Of a DNA stretch of 34,350 bases, positions 17,839 to 26,169 are shown piece after piece. The notes below the pieces were generated by a model, which saw only the letters and a list, made by a program, of their open reading frames with translations, did no database searches and was not told the DNA's origin. Position numbers and translations under genes: made by a program. Origin of the DNA: a virus (lineage: Duplodnaviria; Caudoviricetes); the IMG/VR virus record IMGVR_UViG_3300032225_001080, positions 1 through 34,350 of that record; one strand, written 5' to 3'. The first letter of the stretch is position 1. The number at the start of each line of letters is the position of its first letter.

Positions 17839-19715
17839 GCGCAGAAGTGCGCGTCACCGGTCGCCCTGCGGCGGTCGAGGTGGCGTCCAAGCCTGCCTTG
17901 CGCCTTGACGTGCACACCGTCTCGGGCGGCGCTGGCGGTGGCGGCTACAGCCCGCCGCTATGGGCCGAAGCCACCCGTTACTGCAACCTGCTCATCACGG
18001 TGCCCGCCAACTACAACGTGCTGGGCACGCCGTCGCTCGTCACCGAGGGCTACGTCGCCTACTACCAGCCTGCAGGCGTCGACCCGAACACGTATCCCCA
18101 ATGGACGTCGGGCAGCGTCTCGGGCTTTTATGCCGGGCACAGCGACGGCACGACCCCGGCAGTGCCGACGTTTCTCGGCACGCCACCCGGCGGCACGTTC
18201 TTCTACAACCACATCCAGGTCGACGCCAACGACTCGAACAACCCAGTCGTCACCACCGACGACATCTTGTTCTACGTCCCAAGCGCAGGCGGCGGCCCGA
18301 ACCGAGTGGTGCAGGCCAAGCTCGGCAACACCGCCGCAGCGACCACCGTCGACGCCGCTGGCTTCACCGGCAACCTCGCCGGCCTTGACCCGACCAACGT
18401 CCAGCAAGCGCTCGCAGTGTTTGACGCCTACGCAGGCGGCGGTGGCGGCGGCTCGGGCACCGTCACCGGCGTCACCGGCGTCGCTCCGATCAGCGTCACC
18501 GCCTCGAGCACGAGCCCCGAGGTGTCGATCGTCGCGGCGTCCACGTCGGTCGCTGGCAGCATGTCCGCCAGCGACAAGACGAAGCTCAACGGCATCGCCT
18601 CCGGCGCAACGGCCAACAGTTCCGACGCCTACCTGTTGGACCGAACGCACCACACCGGCACGCAGTCCGTCACGACCATTACCGGCCTCGCAGCAGTGGC
18701 GACCACTGGCGCATATGCCGACCTGACTGGCAAGCCCACGCTGGCAGCAGTCGCCACCACTGGCGCATATGCCGACCTGACTGGCAAGCCGACGCTGGCA
18801 GCAGTCGCCACCACTGGCGCATATGCCGACCTGGCTGGCAAGCCCACGCTGGCAGCAGTGGCAACGACGGGTTCGGCGTCCGACCTGACCACCGGCACGC
18901 TGCCGTCGGCCCGGCTGGCGCTGACCGCCACCGACATTCCGACGCTGACGCTCGCCAAGATCAGCGACGCCGGCACGCTGGCGGGCAAGTCGACAATCGC
19001 TAACGCCGACGTCTCAACCACCGCAGCGATCGCCGCCAGCAAGATCAGCGGCCTCGCAGCGGTGGCGACGACGGGTGCGTATGCGGACCTGTCTGGCAAG
19101 CCGACGCTGGCAGCAGTGGCGACCACCGGCGCGTACTCCGACCTAACTGGCCGTCCATCACTCGCAGCGGTTGCCACCAGCGGCTCCGCTTCGGACCTCA
19201 CAACCGGCACCGTCGCCTCGGCTCGGCTGTCCACAAAGGCTGTCGGCGGCCAGGGTGCTGGGTCACAGGTCAACGAACCGTCCACGGCCACGTCGCTGCT
19301 GACTTCAACGGTGACGTTGCCCGCTTGCGCCGCCGGTGACGTGCTGATCGTCGACGCCGGCATCAACTTCACGCAGAACTCGGCGGCGTCCCGCAACATC
19401 ACTTTCGCCGTCAAGATCGGCACCACGACAATCTTGACGACCACACCGTCCGTTTCGGCATCGGCCACCGGTCGTCAAGCGCATCTGCACGCCGTCATCC
19501 GAGTGCTGACCACGACGTCGCAGTCGGGCGAAATGACGCTGGTTTTCAACACGACCACCGCCGGGTCCACCGGTGTCGCATCGGCAGCCACCGGCACGGC
19601 CACCGAGACGATCAGCTCCGGCACTCTGGCGCTCGACGTGCTCGTGACCGCCACGTCGAACACCACCCAGAACTACACCCTGACCTCGCTGTCCGTGAAC
19701 AAGGTGGCCGCATGA
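17835..19715 (+). CDS. Tail fibre / receptor-binding protein with shaft repeats
   Basis: ATGA-coupled start MSAEVRV; GTVTGV, MSASDKTKLNGIA, HTGTQS and LAAVATTGAYADLTGKPT repeats. Confidence 0.8.
   Translation: MSAEVRVTGRPAAVEVASKPALRLDVHTVSGGAGGGGYSPPLWAEATRYCNLLITVPANYNVLGTPSLVTEGYVAYYQPAGVDPNTYPQWTSGSVSGFYAGHSDGTTPAVPTFLGTPPGGTFFYNHIQVDANDSNNPVVTTDDILFYVPSAGGGPNRVVQAKLGNTAAATTVDAAGFTGNLAGLDPTNVQQALAVFDAYAGGGGGGSGTVTGVTGVAPISVTASSTSPEVSIVAASTSVAGSMSASDKTKLNGIASGATANSSDAYLLDRTHHTGTQSVTTITGLAAVATTGAYADLTGKPTLAAVATTGAYADLTGKPTLAAVATTGAYADLAGKPTLAAVATTGSASDLTTGTLPSARLALTATDIPTLTLAKISDAGTLAGKSTIANADVSTTAAIAASKISGLAAVATTGAYADLSGKPTLAAVATTGAYSDLTGRPSLAAVATSGSASDLTTGTVASARLSTKAVGGQGAGSQVNEPSTATSLLTSTVTLPACAAGDVLIVDAGINFTQNSAASRNITFAVKIGTTTILTTTPSVSASATGRQAHLHAVIRVLTTTSQSGEMTLVFNTTTAGSTGVASAATGTATETISSGTLALDVLVTATSNTTQNYTLTSLSVNKVAA
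18687..19200 (+). repeat. 54-bp (18-aa) tandem coding repeats in two blocks
   Basis: Three near-identical units plus a partial from ~18687; two units plus a partial from ~19053. Confidence 0.9.
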
Positions 19716-20008
19716 TTCGCGCCCTGTACCCGTCTCCCGGTCCGGTTGACTTTGGTCGCCTGACCACCGAGCTTCGCGCCGTCGACCCGACGGTGCTCGA
19801 CGCCAACGACGTCGGCGGCCTTGTGGCGGTTTACACGCCGGACGCTCAGGACGAGACAGCCCTCGGCCCCGTCGTCGCTGCCCACACCGGGCCGCAGCCG
19901 CCGGCGCTCGACCCGCTGCACCAGCTCGCTCAGGCGATCGTCGACGCCACGACGCTCGACGACGTCAAACCTGTCGCTCAGGCCATCCTGACGGACGCCG
20001 ACACATGA
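19712..20008 (+). CDS. Hypothetical protein (possible fibre chaperone)
   Basis: 98 aa, ATGA-coupled to the fibre gene; VVAAH motif. Confidence 0.55.
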   Translation: MIRALYPSPGPVDFGRLTTELRAVDPTVLDANDVGGLVAVYTPDAQDETALGPVVAAHTGPQPPALDPLHQLAQAIVDATTLDDVKPVAQAILTDADT

Positions 20009-20283
20009 TCGCTTCGGTTCACGTCCTCGAGACCGCCATAGCGGTCGTGGCGATTACCAGCGCCATCCTCGGCGTCATCGCCACCTACGAGAAGGTCACC
20101 GGCAAGCTCGGCGGCTGGGTCCAACGTCACGTCGAGGCCGGCACCCACGACATTCGTCACCTGACCGAGTACCACCTCGGGCCGAACTCCGGCAACGAGC
20201 AGCTCTTTCGCAAGGTGGAACGACTGCAGGTTGCCATTGACGACCTGCGCAACGAAGTCGAGCGCGAGCTCGAGGAGGACTGA
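20005..20283 (+). CDS. Single-TM membrane protein, holin/antiholin-like
   Basis: N-terminal TM followed by a coiled coil; directly upstream of the endolysin. Confidence 0.6.
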   Translation: MIASVHVLETAIAVVAITSAILGVIATYEKVTGKLGGWVQRHVEAGTHDIRHLTEYHLGPNSGNEQLFRKVERLQVAIDDLRNEVERELEED

Positions 20284-20284
20284 A

Positions 20285-20737
20285 ATGCCCAAGTACCAGG
20301 CAGTCAGCGCGTCGGAAGCCAACGCCGTCCACGGCCCACGTCCCGGCGCCGTCGCCCTGCAAGACGTGATCCTCAAGCACTACGGCGGTCAGCTCGGCAC
20401 CGACGGCATCTACAACCACCGCAAGGTGCGCGGCTCGCTCACGAGCTGGAGCCTGCACGCCGCCGGCCGGGCCATCGACATTCACGTCCCTGTCGACAAG
20501 TCGGCACTCGGCGGCGAGCTCATGGTCCGCCTGGTCAAGTCCTGCGACGCACTCGGCGTATGCGAGGTCATCTGGAACCGGACCCGCTGGGACGGCACCT
20601 CGGGCCAGACGAAGGACTACCACGGCCCTGATCCGCATACGACGCACGTTCACATCGGCATGACCGTCGACATGGCGTCGCGACCCGACACGCCCGACCT
20701 GCACAAGTGGTTTGACCACTTCTTGTTCGGCGTCTGA
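20285..20737 (+). CDS. Endolysin, M15-type zinc peptidase, catalytic domain only
   Basis: YNHR..RG...SLHAAGRAIDI (SxHxxGxAxD) and HTTHVH; 150 aa. Confidence 0.8.
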   Translation: MPKYQAVSASEANAVHGPRPGAVALQDVILKHYGGQLGTDGIYNHRKVRGSLTSWSLHAAGRAIDIHVPVDKSALGGELMVRLVKSCDALGVCEVIWNRTRWDGTSGQTKDYHGPDPHTTHVHIGMTVDMASRPDTPDLHKWFDHFLFGV

Positions 20738-20967
20738 TGAAGCCGCAGAGCCTCGGCGAGTTCGCACGCGAGAACGGTCGCCGCAAGGCGAAATCGTGGT
20801 GCGACGACCTGCCCGACGACGTCAAGGCGCAGATCGTTGCCAGCGACGGCATCGCCACGTCGGTCGTCGTCAGGTGGCTGCACTCGCTGTCCTATTTGGA
20901 CGCTTCTTATGGGAAAATCGACGGCTGGCGGAGGGTTCAGCGTGAACAATCAACCCACGCTGGGTGA
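20737..20967 (+). CDS. Small hypothetical protein
   Basis: 76 aa, TGATG-coupled; overlaps the next gene. Confidence 0.65.
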   Translation: MKPQSLGEFARENGRRKAKSWCDDLPDDVKAQIVASDGIATSVVVRWLHSLSYLDASYGKIDGWRRVQREQSTHAG

Positions 20968-22126
20968 GTTCGCCGCCAGTCAGCCACCCACGCCGGCGAC
21001 ACGCCGCACCGGCACACCCACGCCACCCTGGTCGCCGCGCCTCGAGCTCGACGAGGGCGCCGGCGAACTCACCACCGGCGTCGTCGACGGCGACCCGGAC
21101 TGGGACTCAATCTTCCGGCACTGGAACCTCGACCCGGCCCTGTGGGAAGTCGTGCCCGGCTCGCTGCGCGTCAACGCATGGGAAGGACCGACCGCCGACG
21201 GCACCGCCATCTTCCGGCAATACCGGGCCAACGTCGTCCGCCGCCGTCGTCCCGGCGTCGAGGTTGACGAGGCGCTTCGGGCCGTCGCCCGCTGGCGCCC
21301 ACGCAAACCGGCGCCCGAAGTCGACGACCCGGCCGCCTGGGTCGTCGCCGCAGCGGACTGGCAGGTCGGCGGCCACGGCGGCCACGAGGCGTTCTTGGAT
21401 CGCTTCCGGTCCACCCTCGACGGCCTGTATGCCGAAGCCATCAAAGCCGTTCGAGGCAACGCCCGGCACCTCGTCGTCGCCCTGCTGGGCGACATGGTCG
21501 AAGGCGTGCAGGGCAACTACTCGGCGCAGACCTTTGAGGCCGACCTAACTGTTCGGGATCAGGTGCGCATGGTTCGCCAGTGCGAGACGGCGCTCGTCAA
21601 GCTGCTGGCGCCGCTGTTTCATCGCACCACCGTCGTCGCCGTCGCCGGCAACCACGGCCGCAACGCGCCGAAGGTCGTCACCACGCCCGAGGACAGCCTT
21701 GACCTGATGGCGGCAGACGGCATGGCCGAGGCACTCACCGAGTCCGGCATGGCCGACCGCCACGCCGTCGAGTTCGTTATCCCGACCGAGACCGCCGTCG
21801 CCCTCGTCGAGGCCGCCGGGACGCAGTTGCTGTTGGCGCATGGCGACCAGGTGGCAGGAAGCGCCGACAAGGTGCGCGACTGGTGGCGGCGGACGGCGTT
21901 CACCCGCTGGGGCGACGCCGATGTCGCCGAAGTGCTGCTCACCGGGCACCGGCACCACCTGCGCGTTGAGGAGCTCGCCGTCGGCCGGTGGCTGATGGTC
22001 GCACCGACCCTCGGCGGCGAGTCCCGCTGGTACGCCGACGGCGGCGGCGGGACGTCAATGCCCGGCACTCTCACGTTCTCGACCCGCCGAGGCGCTTGGT
22101 GGGGCCTCGAGGTCGTCCGACCCTGA
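20942..22126 (+). CDS. Calcineurin-like metallophosphoesterase
   Basis: ADWQ, LGDMVEG, AGNHG, AHGD and TGHRHH motifs; likely GTG start at 20942. Confidence 0.85.
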   Translation: MNNQPTLGEFAASQPPTPATRRTGTPTPPWSPRLELDEGAGELTTGVVDGDPDWDSIFRHWNLDPALWEVVPGSLRVNAWEGPTADGTAIFRQYRANVVRRRRPGVEVDEALRAVARWRPRKPAPEVDDPAAWVVAAADWQVGGHGGHEAFLDRFRSTLDGLYAEAIKAVRGNARHLVVALLGDMVEGVQGNYSAQTFEADLTVRDQVRMVRQCETALVKLLAPLFHRTTVVAVAGNHGRNAPKVVTTPEDSLDLMAADGMAEALTESGMADRHAVEFVIPTETAVALVEAAGTQLLLAHGDQVAGSADKVRDWWRRTAFTRWGDADVAEVLLTGHRHHLRVEELAVGRWLMVAPTLGGESRWYADGGGGTSMPGTLTFSTRRGAWWGLEVVRP

Positions 22127-22137
22127 CAGGAGCAACC

Positions 22138-22356
22138 ATGACCAAGTTTCAGAAAGACCTCGCCGAGCGAGTCGTGCGCACGTTCGTCGCTGCGGCGCTC
22201 GCCGTCGCCGCCGCCGGAATTGCCGGAGTGCATGACCTTGACGGCCTGCGAGGCATCGTCCTCGCCGCCGGTGCCGCCGGCGTCTCCGCTGTGCTCGGGC
22301 TGGTCACAAAGTCGATCGGCGACCCGACGACTGCCTCGGTGCTCGACCAGCCGTAG
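22138..22356 (+). CDS. Holin, r1t-like
   Basis: F.KDLAERVVRTFV..AL, two TMs, GDP.TAS C-terminus; AGGAG SD. Confidence 0.82.
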   Translation: MTKFQKDLAERVVRTFVAAALAVAAAGIAGVHDLDGLRGIVLAAGAAGVSAVLGLVTKSIGDPTTASVLDQP

Positions 22357-22389
22357 CTCGCGCTGCCCACTGCCCTCCGGCAGCGCCCT

Positions 22390-22440
22390 GGAGCCCCGCC
22401 TCCCGCCGTCCTTCCCGGCGGTCGAGGCGGGGCTCCTTCG
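22390..22440. terminator. Long hairpin between convergent operons
   Basis: GGAGCCCCGCCTC (22390-22402) / GAGGCGGGGCTCC (22424-22436) with an inner CCGCCG/CGGCGG stem. Confidence 0.75.
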
Positions 22441-22444
22441 CGTT

Positions 22445-22636
22445 CTAGTCCTTGTCGCGGCCGACCCGGACGAAGATCGCCGTCAGCATCAACAAGGCCG
22501 CAATCGTGGCAAGCACTGCGAACGTGCGGTACTGGCCGCCGAGCTCGGGCGCCGGCTGGCTGGCCGCAGACAGCACTGCGGCAGCGGCGAAGAGTCCGGC
22601 GATCACGAAGATCCACTTCGACGGGTCTTGCTTCAT
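22445..22636 (-). CDS. Small two-TM membrane protein
   Basis: 63 aa with two hydrophobic helices; purine-rich SD. Confidence 0.7.
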   Translation of the reverse strand: MKQDPSKWIFVIAGLFAAAAVLSAASQPAPELGGQYRTFAVLATIAALLMLTAIFVRVGRDKD

Positions 22637-22666
22637 GACGCCCCCTTCCTCATGCGCAACATCATG

Positions 22667-22819
22667 TCACCGCAGGCCGTTGCGCCGGCGGTGCTCGTCG
22701 CGCGCCAGCTTGGCGATGCGATCCAGCACATCCCGATAGAGCTGCGCGTCGCCGTCGCGCTCGTGCTGGCGAGCGGCTCGAGTCAAGCGACGCACCTCGT
22801 CCAAGTAGTTGTCTGTCAT
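22667..22819 (-). CDS. Small hypothetical protein (50 aa)
   Basis: MTDNYLDEVRRL...; GGAAGGGAAGG upstream of the ATG. Confidence 0.6.
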   Translation of the reverse strand: MTDNYLDEVRRLTRAARQHERDGDAQLYRDVLDRIAKLARDEHRRRNGLR

Positions 22820-22845
22820 TACGGCCCTTCCCTTCCGTATGTGTG

Positions 22846-23619
22846 TCAGAGCGGCGCCAGATAGCGCGACGTGGTCGAGACGTCCCGGTGGCGCATCCGG
22901 CTGGAGACTGTGCGAACGTCGACGCCCTCGCGCAGCAGCATCGTGGCGTAGGTGTGGCGCAGTGCGTGGGTGGTGTCCTCGACGCCGATGCTGCGCATGA
23001 GCGGGCCCATCTTTTTCGTGAGCGTGTTCGCACTCATCAGCACCAGCCGACCGTGCTGGTGCCTCGTCGCCTCGAGCTCGGCGAGCAAGTGCGGGCAGGT
23101 CACCGGCACGACGTCGGTATTGCCGCCCTTGCCGCGAATCACCAGCAGCAGCGGGTCGCCGTCGCGCATGACGTCGCGTTGACGCACCGAAACGATCTCC
23201 GAGGCTCGCAGCCCGGCGCCGAGACCGAGGGCGACCGCCATGCGCATGCGGTCGTCGTGCTGCACCGCCGCCCGCAGCAGGCGCACTTCCTCGACGCTGA
23301 GCGAGCGTGGGACACCGCGTGGTTCCTTCGGTCGGCGGATCGTGGCGACCGGGTTGCCCTGGCGCAGCCCGAGGTCGCAGCAGAAGTCGACGAACGACCG
23401 AACGGCGACGTGATGCGCCCGGCGACTCGTTGACGCCAACGTGGCGGTCGACTCCCACCAGCGGAACACCGCCAGCGGCTCGATGTCGGCGGGCCGGACA
23501 TCACCGACCTGTTCGACGAAGCGGCGCATGATGCTGGTGCGCTGCTTGCGGCTCGCCGACGCATAGGTGCGGCTTGCGATCCAGTAAGGGACCAGTTCCG
23601 AAACGGTCAGGTCGTGCAT
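22846..23619 (-). CDS. Tyrosine recombinase/integrase (short, Xer-like)
   Basis: GLRASEI (R), GKGG (K), HALRHTYAT (HxxR), MRH..VSTT.RY (H, Y); GAGGAAGGA SD; 257 aa with no arm-binding domain. Confidence 0.92.
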   Translation of the reverse strand: MHDLTVSELVPYWIASRTYASASRKQRTSIMRRFVEQVGDVRPADIEPLAVFRWWESTATLASTSRRAHHVAVRSFVDFCCDLGLRQGNPVATIRRPKEPRGVPRSLSVEEVRLLRAAVQHDDRMRMAVALGLGAGLRASEIVSVRQRDVMRDGDPLLLVIRGKGGNTDVVPVTCPHLLAELEATRHQHGRLVLMSANTLTKKMGPLMRSIGVEDTTHALRHTYATMLLREGVDVRTVSSRMRHRDVSTTSRYLAPL

Positions 23620-24166
23620 GTGTTGTCCTTCCTCTGTGGCGCTCCGGCGTTAGCCAGAAAACTCGCCACATTTGCGGGGGGGGGGGGGGGAAACAATGGG
23701 GATTTCACCCGATTGAGCGCCGACGGTCCCTGCCGGTAAAACGCTCGCCCTATGCGCACCGCAAAACTTTTTCCGCGAGGGTCCACCACTTTGGTCCGGG
23801 CCCTGTCTACGGTGCGCGCCGTGACCACCGGACGTATCGGTGACGATTACCGCCGGGTAATCGCCACCTCCCACACGAGGGCGACAGCAGTTCACAGCGC
23901 GGACCGTACGACACGACCGAACTCCCATGCGCTGAAAAGCGCGCACGCGTGCCGGAGGTCACAAGTGACCTGAGCGGCGGCGGCGGCGTTGGCTCGCTCC
24001 CTTCTCCCGGTCGACGGGCAATGGCTGCGGCCATCGCCGGACCAGCGGGTCGGCGCCACCACCACCTCCCAGGTCTCGGGCCGGAGGGCAGCAAAACAGC
24101 AAGCACCGGGCCGGGGGATCACGGCAATGAGGTCCCGGCCCGGTGCTCCAACTGGAAGGAAAGACA
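23620..24166. promoter_or_regulatory. Divergent control region
   Basis: No credible CDS between the divergent genes; G15 tract at 23676-23690; inverted repeats at 23839-23868, 23956-23971 and 24102-24147. Confidence 0.65.
24102..24147. terminator. 14-bp perfect hairpin (possible minus-strand terminator or 5' leader structure)
   Basis: AGCACCGGGCCGGG / CCCGGCCCGGTGCT; upstream GCAAAAC gives a short U run on the minus strand. Confidence 0.55.
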
Positions 24167-24346
24167 GTGGCACAGATTGAAGAACCGCGTCGGGACAACG
24201 CCCGACGAGCCGAACTGATCGTCGACATCGTGCTCAACATGTCGGCGCTCGGCGACAGCCGTCACATGCTCGCTGCGTTCGTTGAGGCGGAGCTCGACGA
24301 CCCGCACACCGGCGTCGAGCTCGACCTGCTTGAAGGGCGGGCGTGA
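24167..24346 (+). CDS. Hypothetical protein
   Basis: GTG start with GGAAGGA SD; 59 aa; first gene of a coupled series. Confidence 0.65.
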   Translation: MAQIEEPRRDNARRAELIVDIVLNMSALGDSRHMLAAFVEAELDDPHTGVELDLLEGRA

Positions 24347-24498
24347 TGTGGGCCGCCGCAGCGATCTTCGTATTCGGCGGGCTGGTGCTCGCCTGGGAGG
24401 CGTTCTGCCGCATCGACGCCCGACGTCAGCAGCGCCGGGTGGCAACGGTGCAGCGCATGGTCGCCGCAGCCGAGCGCGACGGGCTGGTGGCACGATGA
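24346..24498 (+). CDS. Small single-TM protein (50 aa), not in the ORF track
   Basis: MWAAAAIFVFGGLVLAWEAFCRIDARRQQRR...; TGATG and ATGA overlaps at its ends. Confidence 0.7.
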   Translation: MWAAAAIFVFGGLVLAWEAFCRIDARRQQRRVATVQRMVAAAERDGLVAR

Positions 24499-24800
24499 GC
24501 GCGCTCCTGCTCACCGCCTGCGGGTTCGTCGTCGGCGTCGTCGTCGGGGGTGCGTTCGGCACCTACGCCAACGAGCTGCGCCGCGACGACCGGCACCGCA
24601 GCGACGTCGCCCGCAACTGGCGCGAGGGTCGCCAGTTCGGGTTCAAAGAGGGCTACCGGCGCGGCTGGACGGCCGGGCGCGCCGAGATGGTGGGCGAGGA
24701 GACGGCGCGCCGTCTGCACCCGACTCAGCACCCGTTCGCTCAGGCGCTCAACGTCGTTGACCTCGAGCAGCGGCGCATCGACCGGGAGCGGGGCAACTGA
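24495..24800 (+). CDS. Single-TM hypothetical protein
   Basis: MSALLLTACGFVVGVVVGG; EG..FG..EGYRRG repeats; translationally coupled. Confidence 0.65.
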   Translation: MSALLLTACGFVVGVVVGGAFGTYANELRRDDRHRSDVARNWREGRQFGFKEGYRRGWTAGRAEMVGEETARRLHPTQHPFAQALNVVDLEQRRIDRERGN

Positions 24801-25084
24801 TGGGCCGCGCACCCGCCAAGAAGGGCAAGGCCGACAACCGGTACCAGCCGTCCGGCGATACGCGCCGCTTCCAGTCGCTCGGCGGCGGGCGCTGGTTGCG
24901 CCTGTTCTCACCCGACGGCAAGTCGACCGTCGCGAGCCGCATCGAAGCGCCGGCGGTCATCGCCGAGTTCGACGCCGACGACCGCACGCCGGGCTGGATC
25001 GTCCGGCAGATGCAAGACGATCCGCAGCGCTGGGCCGACGTGCTCGAGGCCGTCGCTGCGCTCGGTGGCAAGGGGGACAAATGA
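24800..25084 (+). CDS. Hypothetical protein
   Basis: 94 aa, coupled at both ends. Confidence 0.6.
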   Translation: MGRAPAKKGKADNRYQPSGDTRRFQSLGGGRWLRLFSPDGKSTVASRIEAPAVIAEFDADDRTPGWIVRQMQDDPQRWADVLEAVAALGGKGDK

Positions 25085-25410
25085 CCACGCGCCGACCGCC
25101 CATTGAGGCGGATAAGGAGCTCGGCCTGCGCAACGCCGGGTGGACAGTGTCGCTGACCGACAGGCTCCTGCATTTGGCCGAGGTCAACGAGTTCGTCGAG
25201 ACGGCGGCGAACGAGGTCGAAGGCATCCGTCTGCGGCTGTTCGACTTGGCAAACGCCGTTGCCAAAGCGGCCCTGCATGAGCTCGTCGATCTGAGCGACG
25301 AGATGATGGTGCTGTTCCGCAAGCTCACAAACCTTGAGGAGCAGATCGTCGAGCTCACCGGCCATCGGCCGGCGCAGGGCATTGAGTTTGACGACGAGGT
25401 CGACCAATGA
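25081..25410 (+). CDS. Hypothetical coiled-coil protein
   Basis: MTTRRPPIEADKEL...; ATGA overlaps at both ends. Confidence 0.6.
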   Translation: MTTRRPPIEADKELGLRNAGWTVSLTDRLLHLAEVNEFVETAANEVEGIRLRLFDLANAVAKAALHELVDLSDEMMVLFRKLTNLEEQIVELTGHRPAQGIEFDDEVDQ

Positions 25411-25763
25411 GGCGCGCCATCGTCGCCGCCTTCCTGATCGCAGCTCCGGCCGGTCTCGCCACTGCACCGGCCGGAGCTGCGGGTGCCTGGTCGGGACCCT
25501 GCCACGCTGCGGTCGACGCTTATTGGCCGGCGTCGTCGCAGGCGTGGGCGCACCGGATCGTTCAGCGTGAGTCGCGCGGCATTCCGACGGCCGCCAACCG
25601 CCGATCCTCCGCGCGTGGCTGCTGGCAGATGCTGGTCCGGCTCCACGGTCGCCGCTTCACCGCCGTCGGGTGCAGCCCGGCCATGTGGAGCGACGCCCGC
25701 TGCAACACGTTGGCGGCGCTGAACCTGTACCAGCAGGCGGGACGGTCACCGTGGCGCCTCTGA
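25407..25763 (+). CDS. Secreted lytic transglycosylase-like (SLT/lysozyme fold) protein
   Basis: Signal peptide MRRAIVAAFLIAA..A; IVQRES (catalytic Glu), SSARGCWQM, N..AA..LY...G.SPW. Confidence 0.8.
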   Translation: MRRAIVAAFLIAAPAGLATAPAGAAGAWSGPCHAAVDAYWPASSQAWAHRIVQRESRGIPTAANRRSSARGCWQMLVRLHGRRFTAVGCSPAMWSDARCNTLAALNLYQQAGRSPWRL

Positions 25764-25972
25764 TCGAATGGGCCCGGCGGTGGCTCGGCGTCACGCACCT
25801 CGAGGCGCAGGTCCGGCTGCTCACGCTCGAGGTCCGGCGGCTGGAGCGTGAGCTCGACGCCGAGCGCCAGCGGCGCGACGAGGCGGTCGCCAGCCTCGGC
25901 GCCGCCACGTTCGCCGAGCGCCCAGCCGACGCCGTCGCTCGCATCGTCGACGTTCTCCGGCGGTGGCGGTGA
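25751..25972 (+). CDS. Hypothetical coiled-coil protein
   Basis: APLIEWARRWLGVTHLEAQV...; start approximate. Confidence 0.5.
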   Translation: MAPLIEWARRWLGVTHLEAQVRLLTLEVRRLERELDAERQRRDEAVASLGAATFAERPADAVARIVDVLRRWR

Positions 25973-26169
25973 TGGGTGCCTGGCAGATGACGATGACCTG
26001 CCCGAACTGCGGCGGCGAGCTCAAGTTGCAGGCCAACGGTCGCCCCAGCGAGGGCGGTCGGCGGCTGGTCAACGTCATGCGGTGCAGCGTCAACGGCTGC
26101 TCGCGCCAGTGGGTTCACACGCAGACGCTGCGGTCAATGACCGGCGCCGAGCTGAACGGTGTTGCGTGA
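25972..26169 (+). CDS. Small zinc-ribbon protein
   Basis: CPNCG ... CSVNGC. Confidence 0.65.
   Translation: MGAWQMTMTCPNCGGELKLQANGRPSEGGRRLVNVMRCSVNGCSRQWVHTQTLRSMTGAELNGVA

Noticed and set aside
18687-19200. Fibre repeats as a CRISPR array or DGR template/variable repeat
   Set aside because: In-frame coding repeats with no unique spacers; differences are mostly synonymous rather than adenine-specific; no reverse transcriptase in the window.
22357-24166. tRNA gene or tRNA-derived attP
   Set aside because: No T-arm (GTTCRA) with an acceptor-stem context seen by eye; tRNAscan/ARAGORN would be needed to exclude it fully.
23574-24240. Short ORFs in the control region as a repressor
   Set aside because: No HTH pattern or convincing SD and atypical composition; some run through the poly-G tract.
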